IMG/VR virus record: IMGVR_UViG_3300023502_000002
DNA from: a virus
DNA: 64,000 bases
Strand: one strand, 5' to 3'
Position 1 is the first letter of the stretch. Each line of letters starts with the position of its first letter. A program made the translations under genes and the position numbers. This document shows, one piece after another, positions 1-9,329 of the stretch. The notes under the pieces are model-generated. The model was not told the origin of the DNA. It searched no databases and saw only the letters and a program-made list of their open reading frames with translations.

Positions 1-1
1 T

Positions 2-505
2 TCAATGACGGATAACGGCATTAAGGAATATATGGAAAGGACATACGGTGGAGAAACAACAAAGCAGAGAATAAACACAAACACAAACAGATTTCGCGCT
101 GTTGTTGAAGTATATCTTGCCAATACATTACTGTCAATAAAAACGAACAATATAGAAAAAATAACAGATGAGGTTCAAAAGAAGATATGGAATAACATAT
201 CATCACCATATAACGTATCATTTATTCCGCCAAGCAAACAGAAACACTACGGTAGAGGATATGCTACAAACGGTATAAGCCAGTTGTATGTTATAGAACA
301 ACAGATGATTCTAGGTATTTTCAATGAAGCAAATTACAACTCATGGAAAAACATTCCAAATTTCAAGGGATGGAGGACAGCAGTAACGTCTAAAAATCCA
401 TGCCAGTTCTGCATTGACGAGCAATATAGAATACACACAGACAGACCTAAGCTGCCGTTCCATGCCCATTGCTTGTGTATATTATATCCAGTATTCAATA
501 CATAA
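2..505 (+). CDS. head morphogenesis/minor capsid protein (SPP1 gp7 / Mu F-like), C-terminal part; 5' end probably outside window
   Basis: Frame open to window edge. C-terminal NPCQFC...PFHAHCLC resembles the Cys/His signature of Phage_Mu_F-type proteins. Confidence 0.5.
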   Translation, partial: SMTDNGIKEYMERTYGGETTKQRINTNTNRFRAVVEVYLANTLLSIKTNNIEKITDEVQKKIWNNISSPYNVSFIPPSKQKHYGRGYATNGISQLYVIEQQMILGIFNEANYNSWKNIPNFKGWRTAVTSKNPCQFCIDEQYRIHTDRPKLPFHAHCLCILYPVFNT

Positions 506-1505
506 TAACTTGATAATCAACATACCATTGAGTAACATTACCATAAGACGGTGGATTACCAGCATCAACCACATCATTACGAGTAAATGATTTAGGAATA
601 TTTGTGCACGAAGGCATCAATATATTACCTGACCATTGACCTGTATAAGATCCATTTTTCGCTCTCCATCTATATCTAGCGTATGGTCTGCCGAATGAAG
701 CAACGTAATCACTAGAAGTGTTATTTGTAATGTTTAATCTGCATTTAGAAGAAGTAGACCCATTTGTCAACTGTCCGTAAACAGAGAATCCAGAAGCGTT
801 GGCTGTTGTATCTCCAAGTGTAATAGAAAGACTTTGAGTAACCACTATCGGCTTACGAATAAATCCGTCAGATGTAGTAGGAATTAAGCATAATACATTT
901 CCACTGTAATCACAAAAATAACCCTTAATATAAATATATGTATTCCCCATAGATATGAGATTATTGCGATTAAGGGTAATTGAAATTTTTCCTGTACTAT
1001 CAATACTACTTACAACGAAAACTCCAGAATCCACCAACTTCTTTAATTGATTATATACTTCCACCTTTATCTTCATATTAGACCAAGTAAATCCCCCAAG
1101 TATTTTACCCCAATTATACCTAGAATCAGCCCAATATGGTGAAATTGTAAGTACAAACGTTGTCTTTGTAGCATCTACAGGATTAGTTAGAATATCTTTA
1201 TCTATTGTAAGAGGTTTAGCCCCATGATCGTATCCATCAAAATCAGTAAGCCTATACCATGTTTTAGGTCTATCATATACTAATTTCTTATTTACAGAAT
1301 CATAAATTATACCAGGTAAACTAGCGTTGTCAAATGAAGGGCTAGACGCTTCTTTGGGTTTTATATAACTCCACATATTAATTTTTTCGCTAAGACAAGC
1401 ATACCCTAAATCATAACCGTTACTAGTAGGACCAATACCTAAGGTAGGATATACATCACTATCCAATCCGACAGGTGCAGTGATTTTACCGTTAGAGTGA
1501 CCCAT
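495..1505 (-). CDS. putative receptor-binding/tail-fibre protein, cassette A (paralog of 58601-59704)
   Basis: ATG at 1505 (track start 1511 is GTG) gives MGHSNGKITAPV... First ~50 aa are conserved with MGHSNGKITAPI... of 58601-59704; the C-terminal parts are unrelated. Confidence 0.6.
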   Translation of the reverse strand: MGHSNGKITAPVGLDSDVYPTLGIGPTSNGYDLGYACLSEKINMWSYIKPKEASSPSFDNASLPGIIYDSVNKKLVYDRPKTWYRLTDFDGYDHGAKPLTIDKDILTNPVDATKTTFVLTISPYWADSRYNWGKILGGFTWSNMKIKVEVYNQLKKLVDSGVFVVSSIDSTGKISITLNRNNLISMGNTYIYIKGYFCDYSGNVLCLIPTTSDGFIRKPIVVTQSLSITLGDTTANASGFSVYGQLTNGSTSSKCRLNITNNTSSDYVASFGRPYARYRWRAKNGSYTGQWSGNILMPSCTNIPKSFTRNDVVDAGNPPSYGNVTQWYVDYQVIMY

Positions 1506-1770
1506 AATCACCCCCTTCCTCTATAACGGTAAAAGAACCTTTACAAACAACAATGCCATTACAACTGATACTACGACAATGAATATCGCCATCAATTATA
1601 ACAGCATCAGAAATGTCATAATCACTAGGAAGTTCCCCACCACATAGTGTTATAACTTCGACTGCCCCTGTGCAGCTAGACTGCCCCTGTGCAGCTAGAC
1701 TGCCCCTGTGATCCCTCGCTTCGCTTCGGTCGCACACCAAATTTCCGTTTACAAACAAATTAATTTTCAT
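1492..1770 (-). CDS. small Cys-rich protein, cassette A (paralog of 59706-59927) with repeat-encoded insertion
   Basis: IDGDIHCRSISCNG..KGSFTV aligns with IKGDICCDILNCHG..SGYVTV. It is 19 aa longer owing to a GC-rich tandem-repeat insert. Overlaps the downstream gene by 14 nt. Confidence 0.6.
   Translation of the reverse strand: MKINLFVNGNLVCDRSEARDHRGSLAAQGQSSCTGAVEVITLCGGELPSDYDISDAVIIDGDIHCRSISCNGIVVCKGSFTVIEEGGDYGSL
1662..1710. repeat. 19-bp tandem repeat ctgcccctgtgcagctaga x2 plus 11-nt partial third copy
   Basis: Exact copies at 1662-1680 and 1681-1699, partial copy at 1700-1710. GC-rich island inside an AT-rich ORF. Confidence 0.95.
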
Positions 1771-2044
1771 CTAACTCACGTATTAAATCATTAACATATT
1801 TTACACAAGAATCCAACTCATCATACCCGTCCAAAATCATAGCACCAACAGTGATGTGAAGTTTGTCTATCACTTCTTTTCTAAACAGCACAGCATTTAC
1901 CTTGCTTGTATCAGACTTTTCTATCACCGTTATTGCGGAATCAATAATCCTAGTTAATTCAGATGGTTGTATCATGGGAGTATCAGCACCTTTCCGCCAA
2001 GATTGATACTCTCTCAACTTTTTAAGAAGTTCTTTTTTTCTCAT
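1760..2044 (-). CDS. hypothetical protein (94 aa)
   Basis: ORF, ATG checked, overlaps next co-oriented gene; no motif recognised. Confidence 0.55.
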   Translation of the reverse strand: MRKKELLKKLREYQSWRKGADTPMIQPSELTRIIDSAITVIEKSDTSKVNAVLFRKEVIDKLHITVGAMILDGYDELDSCVKYVNDLIRELDEN

Positions 2045-2058
2045 ACGTTTAGTAAATA

Positions 2059-2112
2059 AGGGGTGGTTATAGTATAAATGAAAAGGACTATACCACCCCT
2101 ACTCGTTTTTTT
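2059..2112 (+). terminator. strong hairpin (14 bp, 1 bulge) followed by T7 on the plus strand; possibly bidirectional
   Basis: aggggtggttatagt (2059-2073) pairs with actataccacccct (2087-2100), followed by actcg and ttttttt (2106-2112). Confidence 0.5.
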
Positions 2113-2307
2113 ATGAAAATAATTAAGATCCAGACAACAGTCCATAAGATAAATATTGTTTTAAGGATCTTCAACGGTGACAAAATCACCACAAAGATAA
2201 TAATTACTGCCTAAATTTATATATATTATGAGTTATTTTTTTTGCGAATTAAGCATTAAGATAAAAGTTCCTCTTTTATCTGTGGTGTCCGCTTGTATAT
2301 CAGTGCC

Positions 2308-3000
2308 TTAATTGATATCTTGTTCCAAATAAAGTATTTCAAATACATTCCTTTCTATCTTTATCACAACGCTCTCATCAAATTTATCCTCGTCAATGCT
2401 TTTTATGTAGTCAACCAAAGAATGAATCTTCCTGTTAACATGAATAATAGTAGAACGAACATCATCAATCATCACGCTGTTTGAAGCCTTATCCATCTCC
2501 TTGTCTGCAAAAGTTCTTTCATGTATAGTTCCATCTTCCTCAATTTTGTATGAAGGAATTTTGAAGAACTCACATACATCAAAACGGCTCATAAGACTAA
2601 CTACATTCATCATGCTTGTAATATCATCATCAGAGCAATCCAATACGATATCCCTATAATCTTCACATACCAAACAACTCTTAAAAGAAAAATATGGGAT
2701 ATCATCTTCCGAATCAAAAGGCCATGTTTCTTTATACTCGTTTGTTTTCATTTCAACAAACTTAGAATGATCATAGCCAACAGACTTATATTCATTGATA
2801 ACATCAATCCACCCTGTAAGTTTAGACATTGTATCATTAAAGTATTTTTCATATAACACAACATCATAATACAATGCAGGTAAAGCATTATCACGGGAAG
2901 AGAAAGTTACAGGCTTAGAAATAGATTCCAAAACGGATAACTTGCCCAATACAAAATTGAATATGTCAGCTAAAGGAAATTTACTCTTTATTCGTTTCAT
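2308..3000 (-). CDS. hypothetical protein (230 aa)
   Basis: ORF, ATG checked; no motif recognised. Confidence 0.6.
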   Translation of the reverse strand: MKRIKSKFPLADIFNFVLGKLSVLESISKPVTFSSRDNALPALYYDVVLYEKYFNDTMSKLTGWIDVINEYKSVGYDHSKFVEMKTNEYKETWPFDSEDDIPYFSFKSCLVCEDYRDIVLDCSDDDITSMMNVVSLMSRFDVCEFFKIPSYKIEEDGTIHERTFADKEMDKASNSVMIDDVRSTIIHVNRKIHSLVDYIKSIDEDKFDESVVIKIERNVFEILYLEQDIN

Positions 3001-3010
3001 TATTAACTAC

Positions 3011-3066
3011 AAAAAAATCGGATGGAGGAAACCCGAAATATGGCAAAAAAGATAAACCTCCATCCG
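3011..3066 (-). terminator. rho-independent terminator after the SSB-like gene
   Basis: Perfect 10-bp stem: cggatggagg (3019-3028) with cctccatccg (3057-3066). A7 at 3011-3017 on the plus strand gives a U7 tail on the minus-strand transcript. Confidence 0.6.
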
Positions 3067-3130
3067 CAAGCAAAAACAAGAAATTAATCAATACAAGTAA
3101 AAATCACACATTTCAGAAAGCATTGCAATT

Positions 3131-3466
3131 TTAAAAGGGTAAATCATCCCGTCTTTCAGGCTGAACAGGTGCAGGTGCAGGCGCAGGTGCTGGTTGCGGC
3201 ATATCTATCTTAAAACACCCAACCTCATTGTAATATTTTCCCTGATATTCTCTTGCTCTGATTTCAAGATGGGCAGTAATAGTATCGCCCTCTTTCAATT
3301 GAAGATCACACAGGGTACCCATTACATAGAAATACACCTCTTTGGCATACATGGAACCAATTTCCTCAACGAGATAATTTCTCTTCTGCCAAGGATTACC
3401 TGCCTTACTTGTACCAGCCTGTAACTGACCTACTTTTTTTACTTTACAATTTAATACTAAATCCAT
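3131..3466 (-). CDS. DUF3127-type OB-fold protein with SSB-like acidic tail (putative ssDNA-binding protein)
   Basis: Core resembles DUF3127 (..HLEIRAREYQGKYYNEV..). It is followed by a PAPAPAPAP linker and the C-terminal tip DDLPF, like bacterial SSB tips. Confidence 0.65.
   Translation of the reverse strand: MDLVLNCKVKKVGQLQAGTSKAGNPWQKRNYLVEEIGSMYAKEVYFYVMGTLCDLQLKEGDTITAHLEIRAREYQGKYYNEVGCFKIDMPQPAPAPAPAPVQPERRDDLPF
3165..3194. repeat. hexanucleotide tandem repeat (acaggt/gcaggt/gcaggc/gcaggt/gctggt) encoding the Pro-Ala linker
   Basis: Five consecutive near-identical hexamers read directly. Confidence 0.85.
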
Positions 3467-3471
3467 TTTTT

Positions 3472-3672
3472 TTATTTTTTATACTTTTCCTCTTTGATTT
3501 TGTCCAATTCTCTCATTGCGGACAGCCTTCTTTTGTGAGCGTCCACTCTTATCCAGAAAACCTTCCAACTAACTTCCTTACCGTTAGTTGTGTTCTCTTT
3601 AAGTATCTTGCCACATTTAAAAATCTCGTTGACAAGATAATCATACCGTTCTTTATCATAGCAATATCTCAT
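3472..3672 (-). CDS. hypothetical protein (66 aa)
   Basis: ORF, ATG checked, 5 nt from next gene. Confidence 0.45.
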   Translation of the reverse strand: MRYCYDKERYDYLVNEIFKCGKILKENTTNGKEVSWKVFWIRVDAHKRRLSAMRELDKIKEEKYKK

Positions 3673-3731
3673 GCGACAAAAGTAATATTAAAAAATAAAC
3701 TAACACAGAAAACAATACTAAAAATAGTTAA

Positions 3732-4328
3732 CTAAATGGTTAATTCTTCCTCTTCCTCTTTCGACAATGCTTCCACATCACCATCTTCACCTTTAGGGAA
3801 ATACAGTTCGTCAAGATAATTGCTCGCTTCACTCTTTTCAGTGAAACTCTTTATAACACTCCCCCGTTTGCTAACGACACGGTAACTAATATTATCCTCT
3901 GCTACAACTTTGTAACAATTTAAATCATCCACATCTACAACATCGGGAGCATTATCATCAATACGCATCATGCTCAATATATGAGAATACTCGTTCACCT
4001 TCACCGTACAGGAAAAAACATTAGGAACTGGTTCTATTATCAATCCGGCATTTATCAATGAATCAAAAACAGAACGCCTGGGCTTGTATTTCAGTTGCCT
4101 CCTTATAAACTTCAACGTTATCATATTATCTCCCCTCTGTGCGGATAATACGCACAAACGTAATACCCGTAACGCATCAATACTACATAGAGGTGAAAGG
4201 TACTTGTACAACTGGACAGGAGTAAATTTATGGAAATAATCAAATACTCCCTCTTCCTCTATTTCCTTTACACGCCTTTCCCTTTCTTTATTCCTTACCG
4301 TCAAATTAGTAGTTTTCCTTACCGACAT
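3732..4328 (-). CDS. hypothetical protein (198 aa), acidic C-terminus
   Basis: ORF, ATG checked; no motif recognised. Confidence 0.6.
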   Translation of the reverse strand: MSVRKTTNLTVRNKERERRVKEIEEEGVFDYFHKFTPVQLYKYLSPLCSIDALRVLRLCVLSAQRGDNMITLKFIRRQLKYKPRRSVFDSLINAGLIIEPVPNVFSCTVKVNEYSHILSMMRIDDNAPDVVDVDDLNCYKVVAEDNISYRVVSKRGSVIKSFTEKSEASNYLDELYFPKGEDGDVEALSKEEEEELTI

Positions 4329-4331
4329 AGA

Positions 4332-5018
4332 CTACCCTTTCCATGTATCGTTTTCCTTTATCCATTTACGTTCATCATCACTAAGATCACCTGTTGATTC
4401 ACGATGATATACACACTTGTTGCATAACCCTGCCTTGGCACGGACACACTTGTCGCAATCGTATGGGAAAAACGCTATAGTTGTCTTGTCATAGAAATCC
4501 TCACTGGCATCATCATCAGAAAGCCATCCTTTGAACTTTGCAAGCATATCAAGCGCACCTTTCACATCCTTAAAATCAGCAGTGTCTATATCAGAACGCT
4601 TTAGGAAACTTTCTATAAGGCTTATCGCATCTTCAAATTCAAGGTTATCCTTGTTTATCAAAGTCTTTGTCTTTTCCTTATTCTCACCTTCCAATACACG
4701 CCTCATGGATGGTGTCACATAATCGGAAGCAAGCATGGAAGATTTGGCATAATTGACAATCTGGGTTATCCTTGGAGAATTAACCCATTGCTTGGCTTTC
4801 ATAAGCAAAGAACGCTCTGACATACCCTCGTCAATAACGTGTGTTGCCTTGTAAAACAAGACAGGATTGGTATCTATGACATAAGCGGACGCAGCCCATA
4901 ACTCCATCTCATTCGCATCATCAATATGCTTTGCTATATCAATCTTCTTCTGTTTTTCATCGTCAATAAGAAGATTGTTACTAAGGGGAAGTTTACCCCA
5001 TCCTTTATTCAAACCCAT
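4332..5018 (-). CDS. hypothetical protein (228 aa) with C-terminal Cys cluster
   Basis: ORF, ATG checked; CDKC...CNKC near the C-terminus suggests a zinc ribbon. Confidence 0.6.
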   Translation of the reverse strand: MGLNKGWGKLPLSNNLLIDDEKQKKIDIAKHIDDANEMELWAASAYVIDTNPVLFYKATHVIDEGMSERSLLMKAKQWVNSPRITQIVNYAKSSMLASDYVTPSMRRVLEGENKEKTKTLINKDNLEFEDAISLIESFLKRSDIDTADFKDVKGALDMLAKFKGWLSDDDASEDFYDKTTIAFFPYDCDKCVRAKAGLCNKCVYHRESTGDLSDDERKWIKENDTWKG

Positions 5019-5293
5019 TATCTTTCCTCCTTCATCCTAGATTTTATCTCCCTTACCTTCTCGTCAAGTTCAGAAGAATATTTTAAAAGATTGTATATGC
5101 TACTCCTGTCAATACATAGAAAATCAGAAATTTCAGACATACTTAAACCCATATCACGCATGACACAGCACACAAGAGCACGGTTCATCACAATATCATG
5201 CTTTCTGCTTTTCCTGTTAACATCAGTATCGGAAAGACCGCTTGCCGCTAAAACTCTCCGATACATCAAAGCATTGTCAGCATTTTTCCCCAT
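5018..5293 (-). CDS. small HTH protein resembling the DnaA C-terminal DNA-binding domain
   Basis: SRKHDIVMNRALVCCVMRDMGLSMSEISDFLCIDRSSIYN matches the layout of Bac_DnaA_C helix-turn-helix. Confidence 0.4.
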   Translation of the reverse strand: MGKNADNALMYRRVLAASGLSDTDVNRKSRKHDIVMNRALVCCVMRDMGLSMSEISDFLCIDRSSIYNLLKYSSELDEKVREIKSRMKEER

Positions 5294-5777
5294 TTCTCAC
5301 ATTTTCCTTATCTACAATCAATTGCATTATATCAGCGTAACCAGCCAAATCAACCATATTGTCACGCTTTTTATGAAATCCCTGTCTGCATAGCTTTACA
5401 GCTATCTGTACAGCAACACAGTCATAAGGAGATAATTCCTTTCCAGTAATCAAAGAAGCCACCTTGGAAATATTTTCAAAATTGACTACTGCATCACCAT
5501 AGTCAGACTGCCTGCTGTTGCTGCGGATATCCTTTGCCTCATCAAGAATACTTCTCTCTTTAACATGATCAATATAAGCAATACAATCCGAGAAAAGAAT
5601 ATACTCTTTACCCTGGTCATCCGCACAAAGAAACTTTTCACCATTCTCAAAACAGTATTTAACAGTGACAAATTTACCGAACACATTTGACTTGCTTACA
5701 GAATCTTCACCGTGAAGTGAAATGTATTTACCACGGCTTATAATTTTTACCTTGCTGTTCAACGTAACTCCAATCAT
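5277..5777 (-). CDS. hypothetical protein; C-terminal half resembles a conserved phage domain (DUF6378-like)
   Basis: SDYGDAVVNFENI...KRDNMVDLAGYADI pattern recalled from that family. Confidence 0.4.
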   Translation of the reverse strand: MIGVTLNSKVKIISRGKYISLHGEDSVSKSNVFGKFVTVKYCFENGEKFLCADDQGKEYILFSDCIAYIDHVKERSILDEAKDIRSNSRQSDYGDAVVNFENISKVASLITGKELSPYDCVAVQIAVKLCRQGFHKKRDNMVDLAGYADIMQLIVDKENVRNGEKC

Positions 5778-5941
5778 AACAAATCACCAACTTTTATGTT
5801 ATCCGCATCCTTCTTATCAGAAAAGAAAATACGGTCATACTTCGTTTCACCAAACTCAACAAACATAGCAAGAACAAAATACTTGTTCAATACACTATCG
5901 TAGCCTTTATCGTAAATTTTGCCTATTTTCTTTGTTTTCAT
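5774..5941 (-). CDS. hypothetical small protein (55 aa, below the ORF-track cutoff)
   Basis: ATG at 5941 overlaps the dUTPase stop (ATGA) and its stop overlaps the next start (ATGA). It fills an otherwise empty gap. Confidence 0.45.
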   Translation of the reverse strand: MKTKKIGKIYDKGYDSVLNKYFVLAMFVEFGETKYDRIFFSDKKDADNIKVGDLL

Positions 5942-6396
5942 TTACCTGCATTATTTGTATGACCAAAACCTCCATCACCCCTATCCGTTGAATCAAGGCT
6001 TTCAACCTCAACAAATTCAACCTCAATATAATTACTGAAAAGAAGCTGAGCAATCCTCTCCTTGGCAGCAATATAGAAAGGCTCTTTCTCAAAACTCTTC
6101 ACTATAACACCGATACAACCAGTATAATCACAATCAATAACACCATCCAACACATCAGCGTCATGGTACTTCCCGTCAACACCAATAATACCTTTCAGGG
6201 AAAATCCGCTTCTCGGCTTGATAATAGCCTTCATATTTGATGGCATCTGAATGGCTATACCAAGTTTAATCAGATTACGACCTTTTCTTATCAACGTGTT
6301 GTCAGGAACATACAAATCATACCCGGCAGCACCATCAGTTTTTTTTTCGGGAAGAACTGCATCCCGTCTTAATTTTACAAATTTTACTTGATTCAT
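5938..6396 (-). CDS. dut: dUTP diphosphatase (dUTPase)
   Basis: AAGYDLY, RSG, GVID.DY.G and C-terminal RGDGGFGHT motifs typical of trimeric dUTPases. Confidence 0.85.
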   Translation of the reverse strand: MNQVKFVKLRRDAVLPEKKTDGAAGYDLYVPDNTLIRKGRNLIKLGIAIQMPSNMKAIIKPRSGFSLKGIIGVDGKYHDADVLDGVIDCDYTGCIGVIVKSFEKEPFYIAAKERIAQLLFSNYIEVEFVEVESLDSTDRGDGGFGHTNNAGK

Positions 6397-6854
6397 TTTT
6401 TATTTCCTTTTCTCTTTAAATCATACATAGCGCATTCCCTGCTTCTGTAAATCTTGCTTGCAGGATAAATCACATCATTAACAATAACAAAGCCGACAAC
6501 AGGATCTGTAATGGGAACAACTTCACCATCAACAATAGTAAAATTATTCTCGGATAAAAGCCTTCTCATGGCAGCAATCTGTTCGAGAGTAGCCTTTGAG
6601 ATATCATAGTTGTTAGAAAAGTTAAACTCTAAATTACAGATAAGAACATTCTTGTCCTTATATAAGAAATTAGCTTTCAAACCACCAGTATTAATAAATA
6701 CATAATCTATTAAATCTCCTGTCCTGCTTTTAGCAAACAGGAAATCTCCTTTCTTGAAATCGTCAATCTTTACCAACTCGTAAGTACAATCGTCAATCTT
6801 ATTCAATCTATACCCATTAGGCAGTTTTATTACACTTGAATCCGTATTACCCAT
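6393..6854 (-). CDS. hypothetical protein (153 aa)
   Basis: ORF, ATG checked, 4-nt overlap with dut. Confidence 0.6.
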   Translation of the reverse strand: MGNTDSSVIKLPNGYRLNKIDDCTYELVKIDDFKKGDFLFAKSRTGDLIDYVFINTGGLKANFLYKDKNVLICNLEFNFSNNYDISKATLEQIAAMRRLLSENNFTIVDGEVVPITDPVVGFVIVNDVIYPASKIYRSRECAMYDLKRKGNKK

Positions 6855-7059
6855 TGTGTTCCTCCGTATTTAATCTGAATGCAGCTTCCCTAGCCTCATC
6901 CTTAGTCCTATACAACTCTATTTTTTCAAACATACGACCATCATCACAGTCATACGTACACAAGGTGACAGCCCACATATTACCACGCGGAGAATAGAAA
7001 TACCTACCGTAATCCTTTCCCATCACCTTACCGTCAATCCTTATCTCTCCTTTAGGCAT
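6847..7059 (-). CDS. hypothetical protein (70 aa)
   Basis: ORF, ATG checked, overlapping neighbours. Confidence 0.5.
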   Translation of the reverse strand: MPKGEIRIDGKVMGKDYGRYFYSPRGNMWAVTLCTYDCDDGRMFEKIELYRTKDEAREAAFRLNTEEHNG

Positions 7060-7753
7060 GCTTATTCTTATAAATTTTCCTCATTTCATCTATTAAATTA
7101 GAAAAAGATTTTATATACCCCATATCTATAGCAAACGATAAAGATTTTTGCAAATCATCCAATTCTTTTAATTGTTCCTGAGTAGCTGTATTTCTTATCA
7201 TTGTTTCATGGACACCAAAAACAATATAATTCAATCCTTTTGCTATGATACGGTAATCCACATCATCAAACTTAGATGCCGAACGACATAAATCATTATA
7301 TCTATCACCAGCTTCAATACGATTAATAATCAAATTATCTGTCAACCACATTATAACAGTAGCATATATTTCAGGGTTAAGTTCAAGAGCAATAAGAACC
7401 CAAATATAAGGATTACAGGAAACATGTCTATTGTTACGAGCACCAAGAGTCTTATAAACACCATACTTCTTTAAAACCTTAACCAAGGAACTTTTATTAA
7501 CCTCATCAATAAAAGCAGTAAATCCTGTTTTTATAATTCCCTGTTTATTAAGGATATAATATATACGCTCAGAAGACGAATTGTTAGATAATATATTTTC
7601 AACCCTCTTCTCATTCCATCCTTTTTCAATTCTAGCCCTAGTATATGCCTCCTGCAAATCAGTTATAGATAAAAATTGATTTTTGGTATCTTGTCTAATA
7701 GTTACCCCAAATAATTTTCTGTCATTAGACATCATTGTAACGTTTGTTTTCAT
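7052..7753 (-). CDS. KilA-N-like DNA-binding domain protein
   Basis: FGVTIRQ..FLSITDL... and ..NPYIWVLIALELNPEIYATVIMWL resemble the KilA-N fold signature. Confidence 0.5.
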   Translation of the reverse strand: MKTNVTMMSNDRKLFGVTIRQDTKNQFLSITDLQEAYTRARIEKGWNEKRVENILSNNSSSERIYYILNKQGIIKTGFTAFIDEVNKSSLVKVLKKYGVYKTLGARNNRHVSCNPYIWVLIALELNPEIYATVIMWLTDNLIINRIEAGDRYNDLCRSASKFDDVDYRIIAKGLNYIVFGVHETMIRNTATQEQLKELDDLQKSLSFAIDMGYIKSFSNLIDEMRKIYKNKHA

Positions 7754-7775
7754 ATTAATATAATTTAATTTAGTG

Positions 7776-7783
7776 CAAATATA
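7776..7783 (-). promoter_or_regulatory. Bacteroidota-type -7 box TAtaTTTG
   Basis: Reverse complement of caaatata; lies 22 nt upstream of the ATG at 7753. Confidence 0.5.
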
Positions 7784-7820
7784 CTAAATAAAATTATATC
7801 ATCAAATATTTTACTAGGAT

Positions 7821-8363
7821 TTATTTCCTCACCCCAAACTTTTTCCTAAACTCATCAATAGAGCACGCTATTCGCTGACCAAGATGGTCTACATACAAAA
7901 CAGCATCTTTAATCATTCGGTCATTCTCACTAAGCATGTGGATAATACTGTCAACGACACACTCTTTGCCGCTACCTAATTCAACATACTTATTACCCAT
8001 GACAATACAGTCTTTTTCCTTCAAAGGAACAATACGTTCAATCTTGCTTTCACGATATTTTTTCAGTTTTTCAAAGAACTCACGGTGCATGACACACTCG
8101 TTCTCATCCATCACATGATAAAATTCACAGCAAATATCGTGAAAATCCTTTACCGTATTAACCTCACTAAGGTTATCAATCACATTCTGCAATGCGTCAA
8201 AGAAATTCACATCATGATCATCCAACACTTCTTCCATCATTCTGTCAATGGAAGCAATAGCTGCGTTCTTGAAATCAATATCATCACAACTAAATCCCAA
8301 AGAGATATAATTACGCAATGAAAGAAGATTTTCCTTAAAATCAATTCCTATTCCAATATCCAT
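7821..8363 (-). CDS. hypothetical protein (180 aa)
   Basis: ORF, ATG checked. Confidence 0.6.
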   Translation of the reverse strand: MDIGIGIDFKENLLSLRNYISLGFSCDDIDFKNAAIASIDRMMEEVLDDHDVNFFDALQNVIDNLSEVNTVKDFHDICCEFYHVMDENECVMHREFFEKLKKYRESKIERIVPLKEKDCIVMGNKYVELGSGKECVVDSIIHMLSENDRMIKDAVLYVDHLGQRIACSIDEFRKKFGVRK

Positions 8364-9325
8364 TTCCTAAATTCTTTAATGTTAATACTATTCAAATTAT
8401 TAATAACAGCATCTCCGATATCATCGTTATGCTTCAATCCAAAAGACAGGATAGGGTGTTCCCACCATCTTGCCACACGTCCTTTGTCACCCCACAAAGA
8501 TATAGCTTTATTATCAAAGTCGGGGAACAAAATAACATTTTTTGGCAATTTATTTCCAAGCTGGTTCATTCCGCCACAAGCTATCCATACAAAACCGTTA
8601 CCAAAAGCCATAGAAGCTATTATGGCGGTTTTTTCCGATTCAACCATACAAGTTATCGCATCGCTGCAATAATCCCCTAAAAACGGCTTAAAATAACCAC
8701 GATAGGTAAACCCTTCTCCCGTAGTAAACTTCCTGAAAGCATGGGTTTCCTTCTTCCTGTGACCGTTCACCCCATATCTTATCCTGTTGTCATGGCACAC
8801 ATTACCATCCTTGTCGGAATACCAGAACACAGCGGATTCCCTTCCAAGACATCCTACCTTATACCTTGAAAACACATCATTCACGGAATCAACACCGAAA
8901 ACACCTGAAAGGTACTCGTACAGGTTATTACCCTTCCAATGCCCGGCATCGCTAATCCTGTCAACATACTTCACATCAACAAACCTTGATTCCTGTCTAC
9001 CCGAATCATACTCCCTCTCGTAAAAATCCTTCAAACTCATCCTGCAACCTTCCGGGCTTGACAGAATCCTAAAAGCATCAGAAGCACTACTGCAACCGGG
9101 AAGATAAGACACGAGAAAGTCAAACAGGTTGACAGAATCACCGCCCTGCTCGGTAACGGTGATACTGCCCGACTTGTTCATATAGAAAACCAGCTTATCC
9201 TTCCTGCTATGGCTCTCCAGATTTATCCGGGCAGGCAACGTCCACCGCTTACCCCTACGCCTTAAAGGAAGTCCAAGCACAGTATCAAGATTGGAAAAAA
9301 TATAATCATAATCAATACTAGCCAT
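8348..9325 (-). CDS. Toprim-domain protein (putative primase-like)
   Basis: ..MVESEKTAII.. (Toprim Glu) and ..ILFPDFDNKA.. (DxD) in the C-terminal half. Confidence 0.45.
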   Translation of the reverse strand: MASIDYDYIFSNLDTVLGLPLRRRGKRWTLPARINLESHSRKDKLVFYMNKSGSITVTEQGGDSVNLFDFLVSYLPGCSSASDAFRILSSPEGCRMSLKDFYEREYDSGRQESRFVDVKYVDRISDAGHWKGNNLYEYLSGVFGVDSVNDVFSRYKVGCLGRESAVFWYSDKDGNVCHDNRIRYGVNGHRKKETHAFRKFTTGEGFTYRGYFKPFLGDYCSDAITCMVESEKTAIIASMAFGNGFVWIACGGMNQLGNKLPKNVILFPDFDNKAISLWGDKGRVARWWEHPILSFGLKHNDDIGDAVINNLNSINIKEFRKWILE

Positions 9326-9329
9326 GTCA

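Noticed and set aside
1662-1710. Possible CRISPR-like repeat
   Set aside because: The units are directly adjacent with no spacers, there are only 2.6 copies, and they lie inside a coding sequence. This is a tandem repeat, not an array.
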